From an uncultured Bacteroidales bacterium (GTDB taxonomy: Bacteria > Bacteroidota > Bacteroidia > Bacteroidales > ML635J-15): a stretch of 56,937 bases of DNA. The notes below the pieces were generated by a model. The model made no database searches, was not told the DNA's origin, and worked only from the letters and a program-made list of their open reading frames with translations. This document shows positions 26,573-36,747 of the stretch, in pieces (positions within the stretch are counted from its first letter, which is position 1; each line of letters begins with the position of its first letter). Location: positions 1-56,937 of the forward strand of contig CAZTNS010000003.1 in NCBI GenBank assembly GCA_964615585.1, written 5' to 3'. The translations under genes were made by a program, and so were the position numbers.

Positions 26573-28108
26573 TTACCCCGGCATCATCTCATAATGCAAT
26601 CCGGCTCCCGGCCCCAATGGAATGTCCAGTAAAACCCAGGCAATAAGCAACAGTGACCATCCGATGAAAAAGAATATCGAATAGGGCAGCATAGCCGATG
26701 TAACTGTGCCGATACCGGATTTGGGTTCATATTTCTGAAAATAAGCAATGATCAGCGCAAAAAAGCTCATCATCGGGGATATCACATTGGTAACAGAATC
26801 TCCGATACGGTAAACTGCCTGCGATAGTTCGGGTGAATACCCTAATATCATGAAGATGGGAATAAATATGGGCGCCATGATGGCCCATTTTGCCGAGGCA
26901 CTGCCCATTATCATGTTGATCATCCCTGCAAAAATGATGAACAATATCATGGTGGGGATAAGCCCCATGTTAGCCTTCATCAAGGTTTCCGCACCTTCAA
27001 TGGCAAATACAATACCAATGTTGCTCCATTTAAAATACGCCACAAACTGGGCGGCAAAAAACACAAGCACCATGTAAAAAGATAAGGTTTTGAGGCTGTC
27101 AGACATGCTGACCATGACATCCCTGTCGTTTTTAAATTTACCCACGGCCACCCCATACGCAATTCCCATGGTACCGGCAACCAAAAACAAGAAAGCCACA
27201 ATGCCTTCAATAAATGGAGAGTTCAGCAATCCACCGTTGGCACCGCGCAAAAAACCGTTTTGCGGTAGCAACCCAACCACAAAAATTACAATCCACAAGG
27301 CCATGGTAATCAGGCTCCAGCGCATTCCCTTTTTTTCATCCGGGGTGAGTTTTTCCATTTCATCAGCTTCTTCAGCCCCTTTGTATTTTCCAAAACGGGG
27401 TGCTACAAACCGTTCTGTGACCCAAGTGCCAAGAAACGCAATCAAAAAAGTAGAAGCAAACATCAGATAGTAATTGGCTGTGGGATTCACATTATAGGCA
27501 GGATCAATAATGCGGGCTCCTTCTGTACTTAGCCCGGCAAGCAACGGATCAATGGTGCCCAGAACCAGATTGGCAGAATATCCACCCGATACCCCGGCAA
27601 AGGCTGCTGACATTCCGACAATGGGATGCCGTTTCAGGGCATAGAATATTGACCCTGCCAGGGGAACAAGCAATACATACCCTATGCTGCTTGCCAGATT
27701 TGACATGATTCCTGCAAACACAATCACAAAGGTGATGATGCGTTTTGGTGATGACATAACAAGCATCCGGATCAGTGCGGACAGCAAACCTGACTTTTCA
27801 GCAATGCCAATACCAAGCATGGCTACCAAGACAATCCCCAACGGGGCAAAATCAGTAAAATTCACCACCATCTTGGTGATAATTTTGTCTAACCCGGATT
27901 TTGACAACAGGTTGATCACAGGAATCTCTTCTCCTGTAGCCGGGTGGGTGGCATGCCAGCCTAACAAACTTCCCACAAACGATAAAACCAGGGCAAACAA
28001 CGCCAGCAGTGCAAATAAAGTGGCGGGATGGGGTAATGCATTTCCTACTTTTTCAACGCCGTTTAAAAAACGGTTCATCAAACCTAAACGCTTCTTCTTT
28101 TTTCCCAT
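26573..28108 (-). CDS. abgT: AbgT family transporter (p-aminobenzoyl-glutamate / MtrF-like)
   Basis: VEKVGNALPHP, GIAEKSGL, FAGVSGGYSAN, YRIGDSVTNVISP motifs. Confidence 0.92.
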   Translation of the reverse strand: MGKKKKRLGLMNRFLNGVEKVGNALPHPATLFALLALFALVLSFVGSLLGWHATHPATGEEIPVINLLSKSGLDKIITKMVVNFTDFAPLGIVLVAMLGIGIAEKSGLLSALIRMLVMSSPKRIITFVIVFAGIMSNLASSIGYVLLVPLAGSIFYALKRHPIVGMSAAFAGVSGGYSANLVLGTIDPLLAGLSTEGARIIDPAYNVNPTANYYLMFASTFLIAFLGTWVTERFVAPRFGKYKGAEEADEMEKLTPDEKKGMRWSLITMALWIVIFVVGLLPQNGFLRGANGGLLNSPFIEGIVAFLFLVAGTMGIAYGVAVGKFKNDRDVMVSMSDSLKTLSFYMVLVFFAAQFVAYFKWSNIGIVFAIEGAETLMKANMGLIPTMILFIIFAGMINMIMGSASAKWAIMAPIFIPIFMILGYSPELSQAVYRIGDSVTNVISPMMSFFALIIAYFQKYEPKSGIGTVTSAMLPYSIFFFIGWSLLLIAWVLLDIPLGPGAGLHYEMMPG

Positions 28109-28275
28109 AATCAGTGGTTTGTCATTTCACAATGGCATAATCACTGAAATCTGCCCATACACATCAGAAGGAGCATCTTTCGGATCTATGCGTATTAAAA
28201 TCGAACAGCAAAGATATAAACTTGTTTATTCTGACAAAAAAAAACCATATTATCCATGACAAAGCATAGGGTATT

Positions 28276-29502
28276 TTATGCACGATAAAAATAACTGCTG
28301 ATCATGAACACAGCCGAAACAATAATGAAAGCGTATCCAACGCCGACCAGATCACTAAACACCCCAAGCAATACAGCCATCAATGCTGCTGACAATGATT
28401 TCACCTGGCTCAGGGATGATAATACAGATGCATGAATTTTGGACTGCGTTAACGATGCAATGTGTGATACGCCCATTGGCCTTCTCAGGTTTTCAATGAT
28501 GATGATGAGCATAAATGGGATGATGGCAACAAGCGGGATGCCAATGATTTCACCTACCCCTGCTATTAATCCCATGGAAAACCCTAAAATGAGTGTAAGG
28601 TTCAGGGGAATATTCAGATCACTGTATTTATTGGCAAACCTCCCTGAATGCCTGGACGCCAAACTGCTGAATGTATAAATGAAAAAATACGTGATTCCGA
28701 CGATGATGGAGATTTTATCCTGTTTTTCCATGCCGTACAACACCGGGATCAGAGGGGCTATGTTTTTTATGATGGCTTGCAGATATTCCCGGCTGGCTTT
28801 GTAAAATCCACTGAAAACAGAAACGTTAAGAACGGCTTTTATGTATTGGTATGACCGAAAGGTAAGCCATAAATCACGCCATACAAGCCTGAATTGTATT
28901 TTTAGATGTTTCCATCTGAGTGTTTTATGTTCCCCGTCAAGCCAGGAAGGATATGATAAAAGCAACAGAATATCAAGGACATAAGGGATGATGGTAAATA
29001 AAAATATGGAACGGTAATCCCCCTGGTAAAACACAATTGCTCCCGCAATCAATGCGGAAATTGCCGATCCCATCTGTGACCAGGAGCGTGTATGGCCGTA
29101 ATAGTTTACTTTCTGAGACTGCCACCCATGTTTATCCAGGTAATGAAAAATCATGGCTTTATGAACACCGCTGCGGAATGAATCCCCAAGGGCATAAAAA
29201 ACCATGGCCAGCACAAACAGGCCAAAGCCGTTTGAAAAGTAAAAAACAACAAAAGCTACAATATATACCGCAAACGACATAACCATGGTGCGCCGGCGTC
29301 CGGAAGCATCGGCAAATACACCTGAAGGAATTTCAAACACATTGATTAATATTTCACGCAGGCCAAACAAAATGCCTATTTGTGTGTAGCTTAAATCGTT
29401 AGCAAGGAAAAACAACAATAAAAAAGGTTCAAAAAACCGCATATTTTTAAGAAACCCGTACAAGCTAAACTTATAATATTGTATGTCTCTTTGCAATTTC
29501 AT
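28276..29502 (-). CDS. MFS transporter
   Basis: 408 aa, about 12 TM; FEIPSGVFADASGRRRTM motif A; GDSFRSG. Confidence 0.9.
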   Translation of the reverse strand: MKLQRDIQYYKFSLYGFLKNMRFFEPFLLLFFLANDLSYTQIGILFGLREILINVFEIPSGVFADASGRRRTMVMSFAVYIVAFVVFYFSNGFGLFVLAMVFYALGDSFRSGVHKAMIFHYLDKHGWQSQKVNYYGHTRSWSQMGSAISALIAGAIVFYQGDYRSIFLFTIIPYVLDILLLLSYPSWLDGEHKTLRWKHLKIQFRLVWRDLWLTFRSYQYIKAVLNVSVFSGFYKASREYLQAIIKNIAPLIPVLYGMEKQDKISIIVGITYFFIYTFSSLASRHSGRFANKYSDLNIPLNLTLILGFSMGLIAGVGEIIGIPLVAIIPFMLIIIIENLRRPMGVSHIASLTQSKIHASVLSSLSQVKSLSAALMAVLLGVFSDLVGVGYAFIIVSAVFMISSYFYRA

Positions 29503-29647
29503 TTGTTAAATTTTAATTTTCAATGGTCAGTACCTGTTCCGATGACAAATCAGGATGGAATTCACGATGATTTTTAATCATCTTTCCTGCTTTGGCATGA
29601 CAGGCTGTGTGTGTTTCACCAGCCGGCGGATCATATTCGTTGCATAA

Positions 29648-29655
29648 CAAAAATA
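29648..29655 (-). promoter_or_regulatory. -7 promoter box TATTTTTG for the MFS gene
   Basis: TAnnTTTG match about 145 bp upstream of the ATG; divergent from the Crp promoter. Confidence 0.45.
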
Positions 29656-29699
29656 TTAAGATAATAATTTAATAAGCAAGTAAATATGAAAATTATTAT

Positions 29700-29707
29700 T
29701 ATTTTTG
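29700..29707 (+). promoter_or_regulatory. -7 promoter box TATTTTTG for the Crp/Fnr gene
   Basis: TAnnTTTG match 22 bp upstream of the ATG. Confidence 0.5.
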
Positions 29708-29729
29708 AATCCAATAAAACATTTTTGTC

Positions 29730-30428
29730 ATGTACAACGATAAATTTTATTGTGAAATTTTAAAAAATAAGCATTCGGTATTTTCTGAGCTAAGTGATGG
29801 CGATAAAGATATTTTGTTTAATCACCACACATGTCACCATGCAAGAAAGGGCGAACTTATATTTAAGGAAGGAGGACGACCTCACGCACTGATATGTTTG
29901 GTTGAAGGCAAAGTTAAAATATTTAAAGAAGGCGTTGGTGACAGAGAACAAATTGTGAGGCTGGCCAAGCCGGGCGGATTTATTGGATACAGGGCCCTGT
30001 TTGCAAAACAGAATTACCTGGCATCGGCTATTGCCATTGAAGATTCCATTGTCTGTTCTATTGATAAGCGTGACTTGTTTAATATCATGGAATCAAACCC
30101 AAAAATCAGCATGAAAATTTTGCAGATGATGGCAACCGAACTGGGATTGTCCAACACAAGAACGGTTAACCTGACACAAAAACACATCCGTGGCCGCCTG
30201 GCAGAATCATTGCTGTTTTTGATCGAAACATACGGATTTGAGGAAGATGAACAAACCATTAAAGCGTATTTATCAAGGGAAGACCTCGCAAATTTATCCA
30301 ATATGACTACAAGCAATGCCATACGAACACTTAGCACGTTTGGGAGCGAAAAAGTCATCAGCCTTGACGGCCGGCGTATCAGGGTTCTGAATTTGTCAAA
30401 GTTGCAACGTATTTCCGAACTCGGTTGA
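29730..30428 (+). CDS. Crp/Fnr family transcriptional regulator
   Basis: cNMP domain (IFKEG...GKVKI...GFIGYRALF) and HTH LSREDLANLSNMTTSNAIRTLS. Confidence 0.93.
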   Translation: MYNDKFYCEILKNKHSVFSELSDGDKDILFNHHTCHHARKGELIFKEGGRPHALICLVEGKVKIFKEGVGDREQIVRLAKPGGFIGYRALFAKQNYLASAIAIEDSIVCSIDKRDLFNIMESNPKISMKILQMMATELGLSNTRTVNLTQKHIRGRLAESLLFLIETYGFEEDEQTIKAYLSREDLANLSNMTTSNAIRTLSTFGSEKVISLDGRRIRVLNLSKLQRISELG

Positions 30429-30875
30429 TCAGGATAATATTTGCTTTACTTTATCCGCAATTGATTTCCCATCAACCCGGCCTGCCAGTTTTTTGTTTGC
30501 AATGCCCATTACTTTTCCCATGTCCTGCATGCCTGAGGCATTTACCTCATCCACAATTTTTTTCACTTCAGCCTCAATTTCTTCCGGCGACATTTTTTCC
30601 GGCAGATAAGATTCGATGACCTCCGCTTCTTTCAATTCAATCTCAGCCAGATCGTCCCTGTTTTGTTTTTTGTACACTTCGGCGGAGTCTTTTCTTTGTT
30701 TCACCTGCTTTTGCAACATTTTTAATTCATCTGCCGGTTCAATTTTTTTCTTTTGTGTATCTGTTGCCATAAGCAAAAGGGCAGATTTTACAGCACGAAG
30801 AGCGGCCAGCCGGATTTTGTCTTTTTCCCGCATGGCTTCTTTCATGTCTTTCATAATTTTTTCCTGCAAACTCAT
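30429..30875 (-). CDS. yqeY: GatB/YqeY domain-containing protein
   Basis: MKEAMREKDKIRLAALRAVKS...KQRKDSAEVY...MQDMGKVMG. Confidence 0.92.
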   Translation of the reverse strand: MSLQEKIMKDMKEAMREKDKIRLAALRAVKSALLLMATDTQKKKIEPADELKMLQKQVKQRKDSAEVYKKQNRDDLAEIELKEAEVIESYLPEKMSPEEIEAEVKKIVDEVNASGMQDMGKVMGIANKKLAGRVDGKSIADKVKQILS

Positions 30876-32134
30876 TGTTTATTTCCTCCTTTTATGTTTG
30901 AATTGTCTTTGTATTTTTTTGAACGTTTATAAGCAGGATTTTGTTCCAGATCACTTAATTGATCATCGTCATGCATTTCATCCATATTTTTCAAATACGT
31001 ATAATTTTCTGAATCGGAATCATAATCAGCCTCTTCGTTTTCAGGTTCAGGAAAGTTCAATTTAGCCTGTTTGGAAACATCAGGTTCGTGGCCGGGTGAT
31101 ACTGTTTTTACTTTTTCTTCTTCTTCAACATGGATGCGTTTTGTTTTCTTAGTTTCGTACAGGCCGCTTGCAATTTCAAAACCTGTAGCGATGATGGTAA
31201 CGTTGATTTCATCTTCGAGGCTGTCATCCATACCGGTGCCCCAGATGATATTTGATGAGTCGCCCACTGCTTCTTCAATGTAAGAGGTAATTTCACTGAT
31301 CTCATCCATTTTAATCTCATCTTTACCATAAGTCAGATTAAGCAGGATATCTTTTGCCCCTTTTATGTCATTGTCATTGAGTAGCGGAGAGGTCAACGCA
31401 TCTTTAATGGCATTCATGGCACGTGCTTCGCCCTTTGCCCTGGATGATCCCATCAATGCCACTCCACTTTGTTTCATCACGGTTTTCACATCTTCAAAAT
31501 CAACGTTGATATATCCATGCACTGTAATTACTTCAGCGATGCCTTTGGCAGCTGTTAACAAAACATTATCAGCCCTATTAAAAGCGGCGGAAAAATTCTC
31601 TTTCCCGTATATTTTTTTCAGGTGTTCATTGTTTATGATCAGCAGGCTATCAACTATCGGGCGTAAAGCTTCTACACCTTCCACGGCGGATTTGAGCCGC
31701 TGCGGGCCTTCAAATTTAAATGGTATCGTTACAATGGCAACCGTAAGAATGCCTCTTTCGCTGGCAGCTTTGGCAATAACCGGAGCCGCTCCTGTACCTG
31801 TACCACCACCCATTCCTGCAGTAATGAATATCATTTTTGTATTTTTATCCAGCAGGGCTTCAATGTCTTTGAGACTTTCCACTGCAGCTTCTCTCCCCTG
31901 TTCAGGTTTATTCCCGGCACCCAAACCTTCTGTCAGCGTTTTTCCCATTTGTACTTTTATGGGCACAGGGCTGTCTTTAAGTGCCTGAAGATCTGTATTG
32001 CATACCACAAAATCAACGTCACGTATGCCTTCCCTGAACATTTGATTGACAGCATTGCTGCCACCGCCACCCACACCAATTACTTTTATGATGGAGTTGC
32101 TTTCAATATCAAAATCAAATTTAAAATCAGTCAT
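30872..32134 (-). CDS. ftsZ: Cell division protein FtsZ
   Basis: VIGVGGGGSNAV, GLGAG, AGMGGGTGTG tubulin signature, NVDFEDV. Confidence 0.98.
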   Translation of the reverse strand: MTDFKFDFDIESNSIIKVIGVGGGGSNAVNQMFREGIRDVDFVVCNTDLQALKDSPVPIKVQMGKTLTEGLGAGNKPEQGREAAVESLKDIEALLDKNTKMIFITAGMGGGTGTGAAPVIAKAASERGILTVAIVTIPFKFEGPQRLKSAVEGVEALRPIVDSLLIINNEHLKKIYGKENFSAAFNRADNVLLTAAKGIAEVITVHGYINVDFEDVKTVMKQSGVALMGSSRAKGEARAMNAIKDALTSPLLNDNDIKGAKDILLNLTYGKDEIKMDEISEITSYIEEAVGDSSNIIWGTGMDDSLEDEINVTIIATGFEIASGLYETKKTKRIHVEEEEKVKTVSPGHEPDVSKQAKLNFPEPENEEADYDSDSENYTYLKNMDEMHDDDQLSDLEQNPAYKRSKKYKDNSNIKGGNKQ

Positions 32135-32145
32135 GGGTTTTAGTT

Positions 32146-33501
32146 TTATTCGTTTTCAAAATCTTCATCATCATCATCCAACATCGTTTTTATTCTGGAT
32201 GTAAATTTTTTAATTATGCTGACTCCGGATTTAGCAGATTTTTTATTTTCTTCTTCATCAATTTCCTCCTCCTCATCCACAGGTTCTTTGATATCGTAAT
32301 GCAAGATATTTTCATCCCATTCCGGCGGCACATCATTTAACAACATATCATATTTCATCATCAGTCCTACGCTGGTTGCAAACATCGGCTGATTAACCGC
32401 TTTTGCATGCTCTCCGCTGATGTGTTCACGGGGATACCCAATGATAACATCGTATCCGGTAATGGCAGTTACCAACTGGGGCAGGTTTTTCAGCAGCGCT
32501 CCCCCACCGGTCAATACAATTCCGGCATTAAGTTTATCAGCATATCCGGATTCCTCAATTTGGAATTTAATGGCATAAACAATCTCTTTCATGCGTTCCT
32601 GGATCACATATACCAAATCTTTCAACAGGATTTTCCTTTCTTCTCGTCCTTTCAGCCCCGGCACCTGGATCATAATGTCCTTTTGTGTTTTTGTCTGTAA
32701 AGCAGCGCCATATTCAATTTTCAGGTTTTCAGCCTGGGATAGAAGCACCGAAAAACTCTGTTTGATGTCTGCTGTCACGGAATTGCCTCCAAAGGGGATG
32801 ACAGCTGTATGTTGTAAAACTTCGTTATAAAAAACAGCCATATCCGTTGTCCCGCCACCAATATCAACCATAGCAACGCCCATTTCCTTTTCACGTTTGG
32901 ATAAAACAGCATCAGCGGAAGCCAATGGCTCTAGCATCAGCCTTTTTACATCAAACCCTGCCCTGTTCACACAATTTTTGATGTTTTCCATGGAATTTGT
33001 TTTGCCAACAATGACATGAAAAACAACTTCCATTTCACGGGCAAACCATCCCTTTGGATCTGTAATGCTACTTTTGCCGTCAAGATTATAAGACTGCGGG
33101 ATAACATGTAAAATATTCTCCCCAGCACCAACCTGTGATTTATACATTTTCTGTATCATACGAACCAGATCATCATTACTGACCACACCATCCTCTGACA
33201 ATACTTCTGACTTCAGGCTGTTTTTCATTGACTTTACATGTTGTCCGGCAATGCCAATCACAACTTCATTAACATCCCTGCCAGTGCATTCTTTCAGTTC
33301 ATTTACAGCTTCATTAATAGCAGATACGGTTTCTTCAATGTTCATCACCAGGCCGCGCCTGACTCCATAAGACGGTCGTTTTCCCATACCGAGTATTTCA
33401 AAGCGTCCTTCATCGTTTTTTTGCCCGGTGAGTGCTACGATTTTGGTTGTTCCGATATCGATAACACTCAACAGTGGATTTGTATCATTATATTGCATCA
33501 T
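32146..33501 (-). CDS. ftsA: Cell division protein FtsA
   Basis: IDIGTTKI, MLEPLASA, VDIGGGTTD, LTGGGALL. Confidence 0.97.
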   Translation of the reverse strand: MMQYNDTNPLLSVIDIGTTKIVALTGQKNDEGRFEILGMGKRPSYGVRRGLVMNIEETVSAINEAVNELKECTGRDVNEVVIGIAGQHVKSMKNSLKSEVLSEDGVVSNDDLVRMIQKMYKSQVGAGENILHVIPQSYNLDGKSSITDPKGWFAREMEVVFHVIVGKTNSMENIKNCVNRAGFDVKRLMLEPLASADAVLSKREKEMGVAMVDIGGGTTDMAVFYNEVLQHTAVIPFGGNSVTADIKQSFSVLLSQAENLKIEYGAALQTKTQKDIMIQVPGLKGREERKILLKDLVYVIQERMKEIVYAIKFQIEESGYADKLNAGIVLTGGGALLKNLPQLVTAITGYDVIIGYPREHISGEHAKAVNQPMFATSVGLMMKYDMLLNDVPPEWDENILHYDIKEPVDEEEEIDEEENKKSAKSGVSIIKKFTSRIKTMLDDDDEDFENE

Positions 33502-33507
33502 AACTCA

Positions 33508-34296
33508 TTATTTTTTTGAACATACAACCTGATTACTGTATTTTAAATTTATCGTTTTATATTTATTCCATCCAAATTCTGAAAAAGCTTTCTTGTATAG
33601 TGCTTCGAGTTTTTTCATTTTATAGGCATAATCATCCAGACTTCCAAGGACAATTATATGTATTCCTACCCTGCTTACCAGTTCAAATTCATGTTCTTTA
33701 TTAATGAAAATCTGGACTATCAGGTTTCTCCACATAGCATCATGATATAAAAAACCGGCAAATTCGATCAATTTATTCATTGTAAAAGGATATCCGGGTA
33801 GCTTCAATGTATCGTTGCCATTTTTAAAAGCCATTACTAAGGTATCAGGCAAATGACCACTTAGGACAGGCACATCAGCAGTATAATTACATCCTGTATT
33901 CATCAGGGAATTTTGGTCATCAACATAATAGTGCATATTAGATACGGTAATAACACGCATAACAGGATTACGTTGCTTAACTTCAATGAACAGGCTTCCA
34001 TCCAACTGCAAAAAGGCTTCTGAATTTTGTATGGCAGGATGCATTTCTACGGCATCTTCAATTTGATTCACACTGATATCCCGTGTTTTATATCCCAAGG
34101 GATACATTGAATCCTGAGTCAGTATATTAAAAATATCACTGGTATCAACGAAAGCATGCTTTTTATCAATGATGTAACTTAAATTTTTACAGTGTAAAGT
34201 CTGGTGCTCATTTTTCACAAACCCCAGAATAACAACAAGGTATCCAATGAGTAAAACCCATTTCAGAATACTCAATATGTCTTTCCATTTATTCAC
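33508..34296 (-). CDS. ftsQ: Cell division protein FtsQ/DivIB
   Basis: Single N-terminal TM, POTRA-like region, INLKYSNQVVC end; position between murC and ftsA. Confidence 0.88.
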   Translation of the reverse strand: MNKWKDILSILKWVLLIGYLVVILGFVKNEHQTLHCKNLSYIIDKKHAFVDTSDIFNILTQDSMYPLGYKTRDISVNQIEDAVEMHPAIQNSEAFLQLDGSLFIEVKQRNPVMRVITVSNMHYYVDDQNSLMNTGCNYTADVPVLSGHLPDTLVMAFKNGNDTLKLPGYPFTMNKLIEFAGFLYHDAMWRNLIVQIFINKEHEFELVSRVGIHIIVLGSLDDYAYKMKKLEALYKKAFSEFGWNKYKTINLKYSNQVVCSKK

Positions 34297-35656
34297 TTAA
34301 TACCATTTTTAAAGGTTCTGTCAATCTGTCAATATCACCGGCTCCCATTGTAATAAGCACTTCAGGGCTGCTGCTTTTAATGTAGGCAGGCAAATCCTCT
34401 TTTGTAATAAGCCTGGCATATGGGTGGTGCATTTTCTGCAGAATCAGATTAGAATTGACGCCGGGAATTGGCAACTCCCTTGCCGGATAAACAGGGAGAA
34501 TAAGGCATTTATCCAGCATTTCAAGGCTTGATGCAAAACCATTTGCAAAATCCCGGGTCCGTGAATACAGATGGGGTTGAAATACACCGGTTATTTTTTT
34601 TCCAGGGAACAATGATTTCACCGCATCCAAAGTGCGTTTAATTTCTTCAGGATGATGAGCATAATCATCAATATATACCACATTCCGGGTGTTAAGAACA
34701 ATTTCAAAACGTCTTTTGATGCCTTTAAAACAAGATACCGCTTCGCGCAACTTGTCCTCGTTTACCCTATAAAGAGTAGCCATAGCCATTGCTGCAACCA
34801 TATTTTCGAGGTTAAGCTTTCCAGGCACACCCATTTCCAGGTTATCTATACAGCCTTCAGGCGTATGCAAATCAAACCGGTAACACAATCCATTCTGTCG
34901 CAAGCGTGAGACATAAAAATCGGCTTTTTCACAAAACAGATCATAGGTATGACATGAGGTTGCATTGGTGTTTCTTGCCGTATCGTATCTGATTAACAAG
35001 TGTTGTGGTGTTTTGGAAATAAATTCGTTAAAGGCTGCGGTTAATCTGTTTTTGTCAGTGTAAATGTCCAGGTGATCAGCATCCACCATGGTTACAATTG
35101 CCGATTTTTGATGAAGTTGCAGGAAAGACCTGTCAAATTCATCGGCCTCAACCACCATCAAATTACTTTTATTTCCGTCAATGTAATTGGAACTATAATT
35201 GAGGCTGATTCCTCCCAAAAAAGCATGGGCTTTTTTCTCACTGTATTGCAGCAAATGAGCCAGCATGGTGGAAATTGTTGTTTTCCCATGCGTTCCGGCC
35301 ACAGCAATGGTGTCATAAAACCGGCTTAATTCGCCGAGTACCTGCGCTCGTTTCATCAGCTTGTGGCCGGACGTCATAAAATACCGTTTTTCATGATTGG
35401 TATCCGGAATGGCCGGGGTGTAAATGATCAGGCTGTTTTTATCCTGTTTGATTCTATCCGGAATCATTTCGACACCATCGTCGTAATGTACCACAGCGCC
35501 CTCCGCTTCAAGTTGGGATGTTAAGTGTGAATAAGTACGGTCATAACCGGCTACCCATGATCCTTTTTGCAGGAAATAGCGTGCCAGGGCACTCATTCCA
35601 ATACCGCCAATGCCAATAAAAAATACATTTTTTATGCCGTGTTTAGTGTTTATCAT
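34289..35656 (-). CDS. murC: UDP-N-acetylmuramate--L-alanine ligase
   Basis: FIGIGGIGMSALA, AGTHGKTT, VEADEFDRSF, DDYAHHP, FQPHLYSRT. Confidence 0.97.
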   Translation of the reverse strand: MINTKHGIKNVFFIGIGGIGMSALARYFLQKGSWVAGYDRTYSHLTSQLEAEGAVVHYDDGVEMIPDRIKQDKNSLIIYTPAIPDTNHEKRYFMTSGHKLMKRAQVLGELSRFYDTIAVAGTHGKTTISTMLAHLLQYSEKKAHAFLGGISLNYSSNYIDGNKSNLMVVEADEFDRSFLQLHQKSAIVTMVDADHLDIYTDKNRLTAAFNEFISKTPQHLLIRYDTARNTNATSCHTYDLFCEKADFYVSRLRQNGLCYRFDLHTPEGCIDNLEMGVPGKLNLENMVAAMAMATLYRVNEDKLREAVSCFKGIKRRFEIVLNTRNVVYIDDYAHHPEEIKRTLDAVKSLFPGKKITGVFQPHLYSRTRDFANGFASSLEMLDKCLILPVYPARELPIPGVNSNLILQKMHHPYARLITKEDLPAYIKSSSPEVLITMGAGDIDRLTEPLKMVLSE

Positions 35657-36747
35657 GGTATCAGTTTCAATACTTCGTTAGCAATTTGATTGGCAGCCTC
35701 TGGTTTGGCAAATTTTTTAATGTTTTTTGCGTACCTATTTTTTCTGTTTTCATCATTCACGAGTTCTATGGTCACATCTGCCAGCTTTTCGATGGCTTCA
35801 TTATCTTCTACCATACCAGCCGCATCTTTTTCCGCCAGGGCAAGGGCATTTTTGCGCTGATGGTCTTCTGCCACATTGGGAGACGGCACCAACACAGACG
35901 GTTTTTGCACCAGGCATAATTCCGAGATGGTACCCGCTCCGGCACGTGAAATCACAACATCAGCCACAGAAAAAGCAAAGTCCATTTTATAAATAAATTC
36001 AAAAGCTTTCACATGTTTGTCTTCGGGAGCAATGGCTTCTTCAGCTATCTTTTTACCATATTTGCCAAATTGCCACAACACTTGTATGCCTGCATATTGA
36101 AATTTTTTGTGGCTTTTAGCCATGGCAAGGTTGATGGTTTTTGCACCTAAACTGCCCCCGACAACAAGCAAAACCGGTTTTTCAGGGTCGAGTCCAAAAT
36201 ATTCGAAGGCCTCAGGCGCTTTGGGTTTTATTCTTGTGATGTCCTGGCGTACCGGATTTCCTGTGAAAACAATTTTTTCATTAGGAAACCATTTTTCAAG
36301 GCCTTCGTAAGCCACGCATATGGTTTGTACAGACTTTGCCAGTAATTTATTGGTGATGCCAGGGAAAGAATTTTGTTCCTGTATCAGGCAGGGAATTCCT
36401 TTACGTGATGCTTTACGTAAGAGCGGTCCGCTGGCGTATCCACCCACACCTACAACCACATCGGGCGAAAAATTGCGTATGATTTTACCGGCTTTATTCA
36501 GGCTCTGAACCAATTTCCATACAAAACTGAACATCTTTAGTGATAATTTCCTTTGCATCCCCTTCACAGGTAATCCAATGATTGTGTATCCGGCTTCAGG
36601 TACTTTTTCCATTTCCATGCGTCCGGATGCCCCCACAAAAAGAATGTCAGTTTCGGGATGCTTTTCTTTTATGGCATTGGCAATGCTAATGGCCGGGTAA
36701 ATATGTCCACCCGTACCTCCACCGCTTATGATAATTTTATGCTTCAT
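35653..36747 (-). CDS. murG: Undecaprenyldiphospho-muramoylpentapeptide N-acetylglucosaminyltransferase
   Basis: GGGTGGHIYP, GGYASGP, EQNSFPG, GNPVR, GGSLGA, SRAGA, HQRKNA. Confidence 0.97.
   Translation of the reverse strand: MKHKIIISGGGTGGHIYPAISIANAIKEKHPETDILFVGASGRMEMEKVPEAGYTIIGLPVKGMQRKLSLKMFSFVWKLVQSLNKAGKIIRNFSPDVVVGVGGYASGPLLRKASRKGIPCLIQEQNSFPGITNKLLAKSVQTICVAYEGLEKWFPNEKIVFTGNPVRQDITRIKPKAPEAFEYFGLDPEKPVLLVVGGSLGAKTINLAMAKSHKKFQYAGIQVLWQFGKYGKKIAEEAIAPEDKHVKAFEFIYKMDFAFSVADVVISRAGAGTISELCLVQKPSVLVPSPNVAEDHQRKNALALAEKDAAGMVEDNEAIEKLADVTIELVNDENRKNRYAKNIKKFAKPEAANQIANEVLKLIP

Noticed and set aside
30872-31000. FtsZ C-terminus apparently lacking the NNSFLHDNVD-type tail of some Bacteroidota
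   Set aside because: The conserved PAYKR core peptide is present and tail length varies within the phylum; not assessable without an alignment
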